Part shown: piece after piece, positions 45,110 through 54,880 of the stretch
Layout: each line of letters begins with the position of its first letter
Numbering within the stretch: the first letter of the stretch is position 1
Assembly: GCA_903878285.1 (NCBI GenBank)
Contig: CAIRHB010000002.1
Coordinates: 808 to 64,807, forward strand
Direction: 5' to 3'
Length of the DNA stretch: 64,000 nucleotides
Source of the DNA: Candidatus Adlerbacteria bacterium
GTDB taxonomy: Bacteria; Patescibacteriota; Minisyncoccia; Phycocordibacterales; SBAW01
Translations under genes and position numbers: made by a program
Notes under the pieces: generated by a model
What the model was told of the DNA's origin: nothing
Seen by the model: only the letters and a program-made list of their open reading frames with translations
The model's database searches: none

Positions 45110-45805
45110 TTGGGTATGGCAAACCGACCACCTCTTGCTATTGGGGAATGGTATCACTGCTACAATCGCGGCGTAGACAAGCGGCGTGTTTTTCATAATA
45201 AAGAATACTACGAACGATTTCTTTTTCTCCTTTATATCGCAAACAGAACCGAGCGCGTGCACACCTCGCACCTTAAAAGCACTCGGCTTGCTGAGGTGCT
45301 TGCCGATACCACACTGGACAACTACGAACCACTGGTTGAGATTGGTGCGTACACACTCATGCCAAACCATTTGCATATTGCAGTGCGAGAAATACGTGAT
45401 GGTGGGATAGCAACATTTATGCAAAAAGTTTTTACTGGGTATACGATGTATTTCAATAAGAGACATGAACGCACTGGCTCGCTATTTGCAAGCACGTACA
45501 AATCAAAACACGTTGACGACGATCGCTACATGAAACAACTCATCCACTATATACATCTCAATCCCGTAGAAATTATTGAACCTCGATGGAAAGAAGGAAA
45601 GGGTAATATTAAGAAAATAGAAAAATGGTTGCTCACCTATCCATATTCTAGCTTGCCCGATTTTAGTACCGACCGACCAGAGAAAAAAATACTCGGAACA
45701 ACGGTATTTGAGCTATTTGATAAAATCCCATCAGTACAAGAAATGCTTGAAGAAGCGCAAGAGTACTACCAATCCGCCGAGGTTAAACCTCGGCGGAAAG
45801 AATAA
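45110..45805 (+). CDS. REP-associated tyrosine transposase (RAYT; IS200/IS605-like HUH Y1 transposase)
   Basis: HUH motif NHLHIAV, a downstream Tyr in the YTMYFNKRH region, and REP hairpins on both sides. The 3' end of the ORF reads through REP copy 3 (SAEVKPRR). Confidence 0.75.
   Translation: MGMANRPPLAIGEWYHCYNRGVDKRRVFHNKEYYERFLFLLYIANRTERVHTSHLKSTRLAEVLADTTLDNYEPLVEIGAYTLMPNHLHIAVREIRDGGIATFMQKVFTGYTMYFNKRHERTGSLFASTYKSKHVDDDRYMKQLIHYIHLNPVEIIEPRWKEGKGNIKKIEKWLLTYPYSSLPDFSTDRPEKKILGTTVFELFDKIPSVQEMLEEAQEYYQSAEVKPRRKE
45774..45796. repeat. REP-like palindromic hairpin, copy 3
   Basis: Same 23-nt palindrome as copy 1. It overlaps the last codons of the RAYT gene and lies 12 nt upstream of the recG start. 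Confidence 0.8.
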
Positions 45806-45807
45806 CT

Positions 45808-48120
45808 ATGCAGCTTACCGATCAACTGACGGCGCATTTTCGGCTTGTAGAGGGGCAGCGGCAGGCGCTCACGAAATTGGGACTCAAGACCGTGCGTGAT
45901 CTGCTCTTCTACTTCCCTACTCGCTACGAGCAGGCAGGTGGCGAGGCGAGTGTCTCGGGGCTCGTGCTCGGGCAGGAGGCGACGCTCGTCGGCACGCTGG
46001 AGAAGTTGGAGACAAAGAAGTCGTGGAAGCGAAAGATCCCCGTGTCGGAGGGCTACCTGCGCGACCAGTCGGGGCGGATTAAGCTGATGTGGTTTAACCA
46101 GCCGTACATCGCGAAGATGTATTTGAATGGCACGTGGGTCAAGGCGGTCGGTAAGGTCGCGGGCAAAGAAGGGTCGCTCTACCTCGCCAACCCGCAGCTT
46201 GAGCGCGCCGCAATTAGCGAAGAAGGATTGTTTGAGCAGCCGGAAGCAACCATCGACCTCGACTCCCAAAAGAAAACACTGAGCACTGACACGAGCAGTA
46301 CCACAAAAACACCTGTGCAAGGGGTGGAGAAACATAAACTGTTTGCTGTCTATCCCGAAAGCCGCGGAATCACATCGCTCTGGTTTCGGCATGCGGTAGA
46401 GAAGATTCTTGCGGCACCATACGGAGGACCGACCTCCGGAGCGTTGTGGCATTTGATCGATACCATTGAGGATTATCTGCCAGCAGAGATGCTAAAAAGA
46501 TATAACTTGCCGACGCTCAAGACGGCGCTCGTGTGGATGCACACACCACAAAAAACAAGAGATGCTGACGCGGCACGCAAGCGGTTTGCGTTCGAAGAAG
46601 TATTTTTGATCCAACTGGCGAGGCGTCGCGAGCGAGCACGAGAGCTACGTGAGCAGAGCTACACTATCGATGCGCCCGCGAGTGACGTCAACGCGTTTAT
46701 GGCCGCATTCCCCTTCGCACCAACCAAGGCACAGCATCGCGCGATTGAAATTATTTTGGACGACATGAAAAGCGGCAAACCGATGTCGCGACTCTTGGAG
46801 GGCGACGTCGGATCGGGCAAGACGGCGGTCGCCGCAACTGCCGCTTTTTCTACGGTACATACACGCCCAACTGACAAGAAGACAGGACTCGCCGCACATG
46901 CTGGAACGCTACAAGTTGCATACATGGCACCAACGGAGATCTTGGCGAAGCAGCACTTTGAGTCGTTTATCAAATACTTTGAACATTTCCCCATTACCAT
47001 CGGACTCATCACCGGCAGCGGCTGTTACAAATTTCCCTCGAAAATATCTCGCGAAAAAGCAACACCAATTTCTCGCACACAACTGCTCAAACGGGTCGCG
47101 TCGGGCGAGATCGCGGCGCTCATCGGCACGCATGCACTGGTTGAAAAGTCGGTGCAGTTCAAACATCTTGCACTCGTGATTATCGACGAGCAGCATCGCT
47201 TCGGCACCAACCAGCGCAGAAAATTAGCAAAGAAAAAAATTGGTGAGGAGACATCCCTGCCGCATCTGCTGTCGATGACGGCGACACCGATCCCCCGCAC
47301 GCTCGCGCTCACCGCCTACGGCGACCTCGACCTCACACTACTCGACGAGATGCCGGCCGGCCGCAAGCGAATCATCACCGAGATTATCAAGCCGGAGAAA
47401 CGAGGTGCTGCCTACACACTGATGCACGAGCAGTTGCAAGAAGGCAGGCAAGCATATGTGATTTGCCCACGCATCGACGAGCCCGACCCAGAGAAGGCGT
47501 TTGCCCTGATGGCAAAGTCGGTGACCGCCGAGGCGAGGCGACTCAAAAAAGAAGTCTTCCCTGAGTACGAGCTGGCGATCCTCCACAGCAAGATGACCTC
47601 GAAGGAGAAAGACGACGTGATGGCGCGATTTGCAAGACATGAAATCGATATCTTGGTCGCAACCTCGGTGGTCGAGGTCGGTGTTAATGTCCCCAACGCA
47701 ACAATGATACTCATCGAGGGCGCCGAGCGTTTTGGTTTGGCACAGCTGCACCAACTGCGCGGACGTGTTGTTCGCTCGAATCATCAGGCATATTGCTTCG
47801 TCTGCCCCGAAAGTAAAGGCGAGCATACGTTGGCGCGACTCAAAGCGCTCGCCACAGCAAAAAACGGTTTCGAACTCGCCGAGCAGGACCTCTTGCAGCG
47901 CGGCCCGGGCGAGTTGGTCGGCCGCAGCACCTCGGGCGGCACGAGCGCGCGTCAGTGGGGCATCTCGGACATAGGCATGGAGGCGCTGAAAAATATAAAA
48001 CTGGTCGAAGCCGCACGCGCCGAGGCAATCACCCTTGTTGCACAGGATGAAACGCTAGCAACACATCCCCTACTCGCGCACGCACTCCACCTGCGAGCGC
48101 AGATGATGCACTTTGAGTAA
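45808..48120 (+). CDS. recG: ATP-dependent DNA helicase RecG
   Basis: Wedge domain, helicase motifs GDVGSGKT and DEQHRFG, and a C-terminal TRG motif region. 770 aa. Confidence 0.9.
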   Translation: MQLTDQLTAHFRLVEGQRQALTKLGLKTVRDLLFYFPTRYEQAGGEASVSGLVLGQEATLVGTLEKLETKKSWKRKIPVSEGYLRDQSGRIKLMWFNQPYIAKMYLNGTWVKAVGKVAGKEGSLYLANPQLERAAISEEGLFEQPEATIDLDSQKKTLSTDTSSTTKTPVQGVEKHKLFAVYPESRGITSLWFRHAVEKILAAPYGGPTSGALWHLIDTIEDYLPAEMLKRYNLPTLKTALVWMHTPQKTRDADAARKRFAFEEVFLIQLARRRERARELREQSYTIDAPASDVNAFMAAFPFAPTKAQHRAIEIILDDMKSGKPMSRLLEGDVGSGKTAVAATAAFSTVHTRPTDKKTGLAAHAGTLQVAYMAPTEILAKQHFESFIKYFEHFPITIGLITGSGCYKFPSKISREKATPISRTQLLKRVASGEIAALIGTHALVEKSVQFKHLALVIIDEQHRFGTNQRRKLAKKKIGEETSLPHLLSMTATPIPRTLALTAYGDLDLTLLDEMPAGRKRIITEIIKPEKRGAAYTLMHEQLQEGRQAYVICPRIDEPDPEKAFALMAKSVTAEARRLKKEVFPEYELAILHSKMTSKEKDDVMARFARHEIDILVATSVVEVGVNVPNATMILIEGAERFGLAQLHQLRGRVVRSNHQAYCFVCPESKGEHTLARLKALATAKNGFELAEQDLLQRGPGELVGRSTSGGTSARQWGISDIGMEALKNIKLVEAARAEAITLVAQDETLATHPLLAHALHLRAQMMHFE

Positions 48121-48164
48121 AAAGGCACTCGCGTATCAAAAATTGTGCAATAAAAAAGTACGAC

Positions 48165-48491
48165 CTACTCTGCAGCCGCCTCGGGCGCCACTTTTTCCAA
48201 CTCGGCAAGAAACTCTTTCTCCATCTCTGCCATATCGGCCTCATACTGCGCCAGCGCAGCATCGGTCTCTTTGGCAAACTCTTCGAGTGCCGCCGCGGCG
48301 TCATCCATCGCATCTGCTTCGATGGTAGCCGCCTCGTTCTCTAGGTCAACCAACTCCAAGAGCTGTGCCTGTTCCTCAGCAGTAATACTCCCACGCGCAA
48401 TCGCCACATCCATGATGCCGTTCATCTTATCCAGCACCTCGGGCGAAAACGCCCCCATGCTGATGAATCCTTTTACTTGTTCGAGTGTCAT
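48165..48491 (-). CDS. Hypothetical small acidic protein
   Basis: 108 aa, Ala/Glu-rich and helical. Confidence 0.35.
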   Translation of the reverse strand: MTLEQVKGFISMGAFSPEVLDKMNGIMDVAIARGSITAEEQAQLLELVDLENEAATIEADAMDDAAAALEEFAKETDAALAQYEADMAEMEKEFLAELEKVAPEAAAE

Positions 48492-48505
48492 GGTAGTAAT
48501 ATCGC

Positions 48506-49243
48506 CTACGCCGCAACTTGCAACTGACGCAACATATTCGCATACGGAGAATTTTGTTCTATTGCAGTTCGCTTAGCACGAGCAGCAATATTAAGATTTG
48601 TTGCCTCCTGTTTTGCCTGCCTAGATTGATCTAGTGCTGTGTTTTCTCTTTCAGCTCTTTCTCGTTGAGAGTCCATCAGTTGCGCGCGAAGCTCAGCGAG
48701 TTTTCTTTCCATCTCGGCTATATTGTTCGTCAATCTTTCTTCTCGTCCCCGCTCCGCGCCAGTAGTATCATCTTCAAATACAGCATGTTGCCGAGCAGAT
48801 TCTGCTATCTTTCTTCCATACTCTTTTTGCAATGCCAATACTTCGCGCATTGTAGCAGCATTTCTTTTGCGTTCTGTGCGAGCGTTCCACCGTATCCCCA
48901 ATCGCAAAAATCGAGCACCGAGACCCTGTTCCCGTGCTGCCTTCAGCATATCAGCATCATTGATACGCGTATCTGCTTTATCAGCAGCAACAGCAATCGT
49001 ACTCTCGACTCTTGCAGCAGCACCTTCCTTTTTTTTCTCAAATTGCTCTAGGTGACCAGCAAGAGCTCTTCTTTGCTCTGGCGACATAGCCTCCAGATGA
49101 AGTCTACCTAGGACCACCTCAAGCTGGTCTCTTCCTGCTCGTCGGTGCTCAGGCGTTTGAAATACCGTGTCATTCGCAGGTGTTGGTATATTAAAATCTT
49201 CTTTCTTTTGTACCGTTGCGCGACTGGTGTTTTCCATTCCCAT
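48506..49243 (-). CDS. Hypothetical coiled-coil protein
   Basis: Arg/Glu/Ala-rich coiled-coil-like sequence. I trimmed the start to an internal Met so that it does not overlap tRNA-Ile. Confidence 0.4.
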   Translation of the reverse strand: MGMENTSRATVQKKEDFNIPTPANDTVFQTPEHRRAGRDQLEVVLGRLHLEAMSPEQRRALAGHLEQFEKKKEGAAARVESTIAVAADKADTRINDADMLKAAREQGLGARFLRLGIRWNARTERKRNAATMREVLALQKEYGRKIAESARQHAVFEDDTTGAERGREERLTNNIAEMERKLAELRAQLMDSQRERAERENTALDQSRQAKQEATNLNIAARAKRTAIEQNSPYANMLRQLQVAA

Positions 49244-49295
49244 ATGACAACAGAATACCACCACTGCCGCCCGCGTGCCAAGTGTTTTGCAGATG

Positions 49296-50030
49296 CTATC
49301 TTTTTGTACGCCCGGAGGGATTCGAACCCCCAACCAATCGCGTATAAGGCGACTGCTCTACCATTGAGCTACGGGCGTGTATTTCGCGCAGATGCTTAAG
49401 CGCCATTGTAATGTACTCCCAAACGCCGATATTTTCAAAGAATACGTTGCATGTCCCATGTCCGTATCCGTTCTTATACGTAATAGCACTCAATGTCGAC
49501 TCCTTTATATACGGTTTTCTAAAGGATGCCTGTGGAAGCCCGGTTTCTTTTGACCAGAAATCCGTCTCCATTTTTTGATCCATATCTTTGTATAGATGCA
49601 ATCGTGCTCGTAATGATTCCCTTGGGATACCGACCGCACCGAGCCAGTGCAAAAACGCTCGTATCACTGCAGGGTCGGTATTCGCTATCGCGACAGTTCC
49701 ACGCGAGGATTTTGTCCCCTCGCCCCAGTACAAATACAAACCCGCGATAAACAACTCTCGTTGTGTTAGATGCCCAATGTCCGCGACCGCACAAGCATAC
49801 GCAGCAGCATATCGTGCATCTCTTTTCTTTCGCATTGTCTCGCGGAAGTGTTCTATGCGTTTTGGACTCACATCGCGCAGTAGTCGTATCTGCTCTGCAG
49901 AGAGTGGCATATCAGCAAGCCACACACTTAGCGTGCCTTTTGCCACACCGATACACTCCCGTATCTCGGAGTAACTCTTGCCTTGGGCACGCAACGTCCG
50001 CGCTTTTTCTCTATCAGCCACTCGAGTCAT
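49296..50030 (-). CDS. HTH plus LAGLIDADG-like homing-endonuclease-like protein; the 3' end of the ORF runs through the tRNA-Ile gene
   Basis: N-terminal resolvase-type HTH (GKSYSEIRECIGVAKGTLSVWL), then a LAGLIDADG-like core (FIAGLYLYWGEGTK...IANTDPAVIRAFLHWLGAVGI). The last ~25 codons overlap the tRNA on the same strand. Confidence 0.35.
   Translation of the reverse strand: MTRVADREKARTLRAQGKSYSEIRECIGVAKGTLSVWLADMPLSAEQIRLLRDVSPKRIEHFRETMRKKRDARYAAAYACAVADIGHLTQRELFIAGLYLYWGEGTKSSRGTVAIANTDPAVIRAFLHWLGAVGIPRESLRARLHLYKDMDQKMETDFWSKETGLPQASFRKPYIKESTLSAITYKNGYGHGTCNVFFENIGVWEYITMALKHLREIHARSSMVEQSPYTRLVGGSNPSGRTKR
49307..49378 (-). tRNA. tRNA-Ile (anticodon UAU)
   Basis: I folded it by hand. 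Acceptor stem is ACGCCCG/CGGGCGT, D-arm is GCTC-AATGGTA-GAGC, anticodon arm is GTCGC-CTTATAC-GCGAT, and T-arm is GGGGG-TTCGAAT-CCCTC. The discriminator is A and CCA is not encoded. Confidence 0.8.
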
Positions 50031-50242
50031 ATAATTGAACCTCTGACATGGTTATTATACACCTAGACTCAAAGAATCACCTGCAATCTCATGCTGCTAG
50101 GCGCAGCACGAGGACTCCGTATGGCGGTGGGGTGACAGCTCGCGTTAGAGCGCGGGCAGTTTTGCCACCAGTGCTTCCGTCCCTGTTTGGCACTCAAGTC
50201 GCGTCGTTTTATGTAATTCTAAAGAGGTATATAATTAAAGGC

Positions 50243-51310
50243 ATGTTCAGTAAGACGTGTCAGAAATGCGGAAAGACATTCTATAAAAAGATGAGTACTT
50301 CTATGCGTAATTGGCAAGAAGTGTCTCGGTACTGCTCTAGGAGATGTACAAATGACGCCAAGATAGGAAAACCATCTTGGAATAAGAATACCACTGGTGT
50401 GATGAAAGCAAATGTGACTTCATTCAAAAAAGGCCATGTCACTGTAGTACGACCTGAGAGTATACGTTGTGGCTCTGAAAACAATAGGTGGAAAGGTGGG
50501 AAAGTCTCAAAAGACTGCGCTGTCTGCAAAAAGACATTCGTGGTGGATAGATATAGAACGAAATCAGCAAAAACATGTTCACGGAAGTGTGCTGAAACAT
50601 TTTGCAAAGATCCTGAACAAAGAGAACGAATGAGCAAAATACATCGAGAGAAAATTGCACAAGGAGTTCACAATTCTTTTTGGGGTTATACGAAACTAGT
50701 TGATACATTGCGCCACTGTTCTCTATATAGACAGTGGAGGGAGACAGTCTTTAAAAGAGATGACTATTCTTGCCAAGAATGTGGCAACCGTGGCGGCACT
50801 TTAAACGCAGACCACATCACACCATTTGCATCTATACTTTTTGCTCATGATATAAAATCATTTGACGACGCTAGAAAATGTAAGGAATTATGGAACTTAG
50901 ACAATGGAAGGACGCTCTGTAGGAAATGCCACAAAAAGACTCCAACTTTCGCAAAGAGGTTGGATATAAATAGTTATTGGAATCGTAAAATAAATTATAT
51001 GAAGAAAAATATTACCACGTATCTATCGAAAGAATTTCCTGGTTTCGAAATAAAAGATATTGACAAGCCAATTACGGGAGACAAATTGCAATTGCAGGTG
51101 TTCAGCATAGATTTTAAAAGTGCCCAAACAGATATTCTAACTACTTATGCCGCTGTCACGTCTATAAATAGTCTTTCCCTATTTGATGTGGCACGTGATA
51201 TGAGGGTTGAAATATATCAAGCTCTTGGTCGTGAGCTAGATGACAACAGGGAAACTGATTTCTGGAGTAAAGAGAATCTGGAGCTTGCCCAAAAAAGAGT
51301 GGTTCTTTAA
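50243..51310 (+). CDS. HNH endonuclease with N-terminal zinc-ribbon repeats (AT-rich, probably recently acquired)
   Basis: Repeated CxxC...CxxC modules, then the HNH core (CQECGNRGG...ADHI...NGRTLCRKCH). The start was reset to MFSKTCQKCG. GC is far below its flanks. Confidence 0.7.
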   Translation: MFSKTCQKCGKTFYKKMSTSMRNWQEVSRYCSRRCTNDAKIGKPSWNKNTTGVMKANVTSFKKGHVTVVRPESIRCGSENNRWKGGKVSKDCAVCKKTFVVDRYRTKSAKTCSRKCAETFCKDPEQRERMSKIHREKIAQGVHNSFWGYTKLVDTLRHCSLYRQWRETVFKRDDYSCQECGNRGGTLNADHITPFASILFAHDIKSFDDARKCKELWNLDNGRTLCRKCHKKTPTFAKRLDINSYWNRKINYMKKNITTYLSKEFPGFEIKDIDKPITGDKLQLQVFSIDFKSAQTDILTTYAAVTSINSLSLFDVARDMRVEIYQALGRELDDNRETDFWSKENLELAQKRVVL

Positions 51311-51364
51311 TTATAAGCGCTCTGACTTCGTCCCCACGGACCACAAAAATAAGGAACGGAGCGA

Positions 51365-53344
51365 CTAAAAATCCACCACCGCTGCTTTCACATCAATCTC
51401 TTGCTTCTTTTTTGGCTGGACGCCGTGGACGAGGAGAATCTGCTCGAACTCCTCGCGCTCGATTGTTTCAACTTCAACAAGGCGATGCGCGATCGCGTCC
51501 AGGAGCTTGCGGCGCTTGGTGATAATATCAAGCGCTTTTTTGTACGCGCCGTCGACAATATGCTTTACTTCCGCATCGATATCAGCAGATACTTTCTCGC
51601 TGTACTCTTTACCTTCGACACCAGCGCCAAACAGTGCGCGACCGCCCTCGCCCTCCAGCGCCACGGTGCCCATTTTGTCCGACATGCCCCAGCGAGTCAC
51701 CATGTTTCGCGCGAGCGAGGTCAATACCTGTAGGTCGTTACTGGGGCCAGTGGTGATGTCGCCAAACACCTCCTTTTCTGCAATATACCCACCAAGCGAC
51801 ATAGCAATGTCATCCAAAAACTCGTTCTTAGACTGCATGCGGCGATCCTCAAACGGGAGCTTGAGCGTATAGCCCGCAGCACGGCCGCGGCTAATGATAG
51901 AAATTTTGTGCACCGGGTCGGCGTACGGCAAGAGCGACGCGACCACCGCGTGCCCCGCCTCGTGGTAGGCGGTAATCTCTTTCTCTTTCGCATTAAGCAC
52001 ATGCGATTTGCGCTCGGGGCCGAGCATCACCTTTTCTATCGAGCGGATGAGGTCAAACTGTGCGACCGTTTTGCGATTTTCTCGCGCAGCGAGGATTGCT
52101 CCCTCGTTCATCAGGTTTGCCAAATCGGCGCCCGAGAAGCCTGGTGTGCGCTCGGCGATGACCTCGAGGTTGACATCTTCGGCGAGCGGCTTTTTGCGCG
52201 CGTGGATGTTGAGTATCTCAACGCGGTCGCCACGGTCGGGCAGCTCGATCGTGACACGGCGGTCGAAGCGCCCGGGGCGCACGAGCGCTGGGTCGAGCAC
52301 GTCGGGGCGGTTGGTTGCGGCCATGACAATCACTTTTTCGTTTGGCTCAAAGCCGTCCATCTCGACCAAAATTTGGTTGAGCGTCTGCTCGCGCTCGTCG
52401 TTGCCGCCGCCCACCCCCGTGCCGCGCACGCGGCCAACGGCGTCGATTTCATCCACAAAGATAATCGCTGGCGCTGCGCGCTTGGCGGTCAAGAAGAGGT
52501 CGCGCACGCGGCTGGCACCAACGCCGACAAACATCTCGACGAACTCCGAGCCAGAAATTGAAAAGAATGGCACGCCCGCCTCGCCTGCCACCGCGCGCGC
52601 GAGCAAGGTCTTCCCTGTCCCCGCCGCACCCATAAGCAGTATGCCCTTCGGGATGCGCGCGCCGATGTCGAGAAACTTCTTTGGATTCTTTAAAAAGTCG
52701 ACAATCTCCAAGAGCTCGACCTTTGCCTCCTTGGCACCCGCAACGTCCTTAAACGTGACACGCTGTGCCGCATCGTCAGGGTCGGTGATGCGTGGCTTGC
52801 TCTGTCCAAACGAGAACGCCTGCATCCCCGCGCCGCGCACCTGTCGCGAAAGGTACCAGATAAAAAAGCCGATCAGCAGGAGTGGCGCAAAGAATGGTGC
52901 GAGCAACGTGAGCCAATACTGCCAGCTGCTTTCGCGCTTGATGTCGATCGAGACTTTGTCGAGCGCATCCTTGGACACTCCGTAGTTAAAGAGCGTCTGC
53001 GAGAGCGCGGTGTCGGGCTCCTTCTTTGCTGTCTTCTCAACTGGGGTGGAACTCGCCTGTGTCGAGGTGGAGACTCCGGCAACATAGGTGATATCGAGGT
53101 CGTCGCCCGAGACGACAATCGTCGAGACTTTTCCTGCTTGGACGTCGGTGGCAAGCTGCGAGATGGGGATATCAACCGGCTTTTGCTGATCGGTCGCGAG
53201 ATAGGTGTACGCACCCGCGAGTAGCAAGAGAATGACAACACTGCTCGCGAGGTTAATCCAAAAGGAGTCGCCGCGCGGCACCTTGGGCGCGGGGGTGGGC
53301 TGGTTCGACCCTTTTTTGTGACGTTTGTTGGTCGGCTCTGGCAC
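51365..53344 (-). CDS. ftsH: ATP-dependent zinc metalloprotease FtsH
   Basis: Two N-terminal TM helices, an AAA module ([16 protein letters not shown]), an SRH, and the zinc motif HEAGHA. Confidence 0.95.
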   Translation of the reverse strand: MPEPTNKRHKKGSNQPTPAPKVPRGDSFWINLASSVVILLLLAGAYTYLATDQQKPVDIPISQLATDVQAGKVSTIVVSGDDLDITYVAGVSTSTQASSTPVEKTAKKEPDTALSQTLFNYGVSKDALDKVSIDIKRESSWQYWLTLLAPFFAPLLLIGFFIWYLSRQVRGAGMQAFSFGQSKPRITDPDDAAQRVTFKDVAGAKEAKVELLEIVDFLKNPKKFLDIGARIPKGILLMGAAGTGKTLLARAVAGEAGVPFFSISGSEFVEMFVGVGASRVRDLFLTAKRAAPAIIFVDEIDAVGRVRGTGVGGGNDEREQTLNQILVEMDGFEPNEKVIVMAATNRPDVLDPALVRPGRFDRRVTIELPDRGDRVEILNIHARKKPLAEDVNLEVIAERTPGFSGADLANLMNEGAILAARENRKTVAQFDLIRSIEKVMLGPERKSHVLNAKEKEITAYHEAGHAVVASLLPYADPVHKISIISRGRAAGYTLKLPFEDRRMQSKNEFLDDIAMSLGGYIAEKEVFGDITTGPSNDLQVLTSLARNMVTRWGMSDKMGTVALEGEGGRALFGAGVEGKEYSEKVSADIDAEVKHIVDGAYKKALDIITKRRKLLDAIAHRLVEVETIEREEFEQILLVHGVQPKKKQEIDVKAAVVDF

Positions 53345-53383
53345 AGTGAGAATAGTGTACCATACAATGGTATAGTAATCACC

Positions 53384-53854
53384 GTGAACCTAGTTGAACA
53401 CAAAAAGGCACGGCTCAACTACGAAACACTCGACGAGTTCGAGGCGGGGCTCGAGCTCATAGGCCACGAGGTCAAAGCCCTGCGCGCCAGACATGGGCGG
53501 CTAGAGGGTGCACATATTATTGTCCGCCCGACCTCGGCACGCGCTGCCACCAGCGGCAACGAGGCGTATATTGTGGGGATGTCGATCCCGCCCTACCAAG
53601 CGGCAAATACGCCTGCGAGCTACGACCCCGAGCGCACGCGCCGACTCTTGCTCACCAAAAAAGAGCTTGCTACACTTGCCGAAGTGGAGGGACAGAAAGG
53701 GTTGACAATCGTCCCACTTGCAGTGTATAGTAAAGGCAGCACATTAAAGCTCCGCATGGCAATCGCCCGCGGTCGAAAGCAGTTCGACAAGCGCGCCGTC
53801 CTCAAAGAGCGGGACACCAAGCGCGACATGCGCCGCACCTTGAAAAATCAATAG
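53384..53854 (+). CDS. smpB: SsrA-binding protein SmpB
   Basis: VNLVEHKKARLNYE... and the C-terminal GRKQFDKRAVLKERDTKRDMRR tail. A GTG start was chosen. The longer ORF beginning at 53318 overlaps ftsH. Confidence 0.8.
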   Translation: MNLVEHKKARLNYETLDEFEAGLELIGHEVKALRARHGRLEGAHIIVRPTSARAATSGNEAYIVGMSIPPYQAANTPASYDPERTRRLLLTKKELATLAEVEGQKGLTIVPLAVYSKGSTLKLRMAIARGRKQFDKRAVLKERDTKRDMRRTLKNQ

Positions 53855-53908
53855 TGTCTGCTGGCATTCATTTTGAGGCGATGATTCGTTGAGAATCGTA
53901 TATTCAGA

Positions 53909-54294
53909 GGGGATGCCAGGCATAGACAATAGAAACAGTTGTGTGACGCGCGCAGTAGAAGCCCAGACCTTCTTAAAAAATCTGGAAACCCTAACTGCAA
54001 AATCGTCAGTTACATCGCCGTACTTTTCGGCGAACGAGTTCGCCTTCGCGTAATCCGCCAACGCCAACTCGCATCCGCTCTGCCACCGCCCGAGGGTAGA
54101 GGTCGGGTGTTATACATCGGGCTTGTGTGGCAGGAGACCGCTTCCCTCTTGTCGCAGACACCGACGAAGCCGCATGGCGTACGTATTTTGAATCTTCTCG
54201 AACGTACGCAGCAAGAAAATTAGAAGATTCTACACTACGTAGAAGCGCACTCGACTCTCTGTTGCACGCGGGTTCGACTCCCGCCATCTCCACC
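53909..54294 (+). ncRNA. ssrA: tmRNA (ssrA)
   Basis: The 5' GGGGATG pairs with the 3' CATCTCC, including a G3-U70 wobble. A T-arm GCGGG-TTCGACT-CCCGC precedes ACC. There is an internal ORF ending ...ANEFAFA-stop. It sits directly downstream of smpB. Confidence 0.7.
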
Positions 54295-54307
54295 TGTAAA
54301 AACATTC

Positions 54308-54337
54308 GCACCCTGACAAGGGTGCGTTTTGTTTTTT
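54308..54337 (+). terminator. Rho-independent terminator of ssrA
   Basis: GCACCCT-GACA-AGGGTGC hairpin followed by GTTTTGTTTTTT. Confidence 0.65.
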
Positions 54338-54522
54338 AGGTGGAGATGAGAAACGCGCCTACGCGCGTTTCGTGCAGGAGGAGAAACCTGCCCGACGGCA
54401 AGGCGGGGCCGGAGCGTTGCTGCGCACTAGCGCAGCCGCGAGGCGGGGTCGCGACCAAGGCGAGCGACGACGACGCCTTGAGTTGTGACCGACTCCCTAT
54501 TTCCTCTGCTACAATACACAGC

Positions 54523-54858
54523 ATGAAACAAGGGATGCATCATCTGCATGTGCGAAAGCGGTTGTATAGAAACCTCGAGGAGTTTCCGCATCCAAGGCGC
54601 TGGGTGCGCGTGTTTGACTACTTGATGTATGGCGTCTCGATTATCGGCCCCGCCGTGCTGCTGCCGCAGGCGTACCAGCTGTTTGCCTATCGGGATGCAG
54701 AAGGGCTGTCACTCGCTACATGGCTCCTCCTCGGCACCATCAACCTGCTGTGGAGCATCTATGGGCTCATCCACCGCGAGCGACTCATCTTCCTCTCCAG
54801 CTTCCTGATCGCTGTCCTCGACGCGGTGATTGTCTGCGGAATTTTGCTGTATCGGTAA
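54523..54858 (+). CDS. PQ-loop / SemiSWEET-like small membrane protein
   Basis: About 110 aa with three TM helices and an LLPQAYQLF PQ motif. The start was reset to the internal Met preceded by a TACAAT box. The upstream part of the long ORF overlaps the ssrA terminator. Confidence 0.5.
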   Translation: MKQGMHHLHVRKRLYRNLEEFPHPRRWVRVFDYLMYGVSIIGPAVLLPQAYQLFAYRDAEGLSLATWLLLGTINLLWSIYGLIHRERLIFLSSFLIAVLDAVIVCGILLYR

Positions 54859-54880
54859 AGAAAAGGTACCTGACACCTTT

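Noticed and set aside
44286-45796. CRISPR array hypothesis for the repeated palindromes
   Set aside because: There are only three copies, with irregular spacing (about 780 and 710 nt) and gene-sized intervening sequence. The repeats are perfect palindromes flanking a HUH transposase gene, so this is a REP/RAYT arrangement and not a CRISPR array.
49244-49333. Upstream part of ORF 48506..49333 overlapping tRNA-Ile
   Set aside because: The extension would overlap the tRNA gene on the same strand. The start was trimmed to an internal Met downstream of the tRNA.
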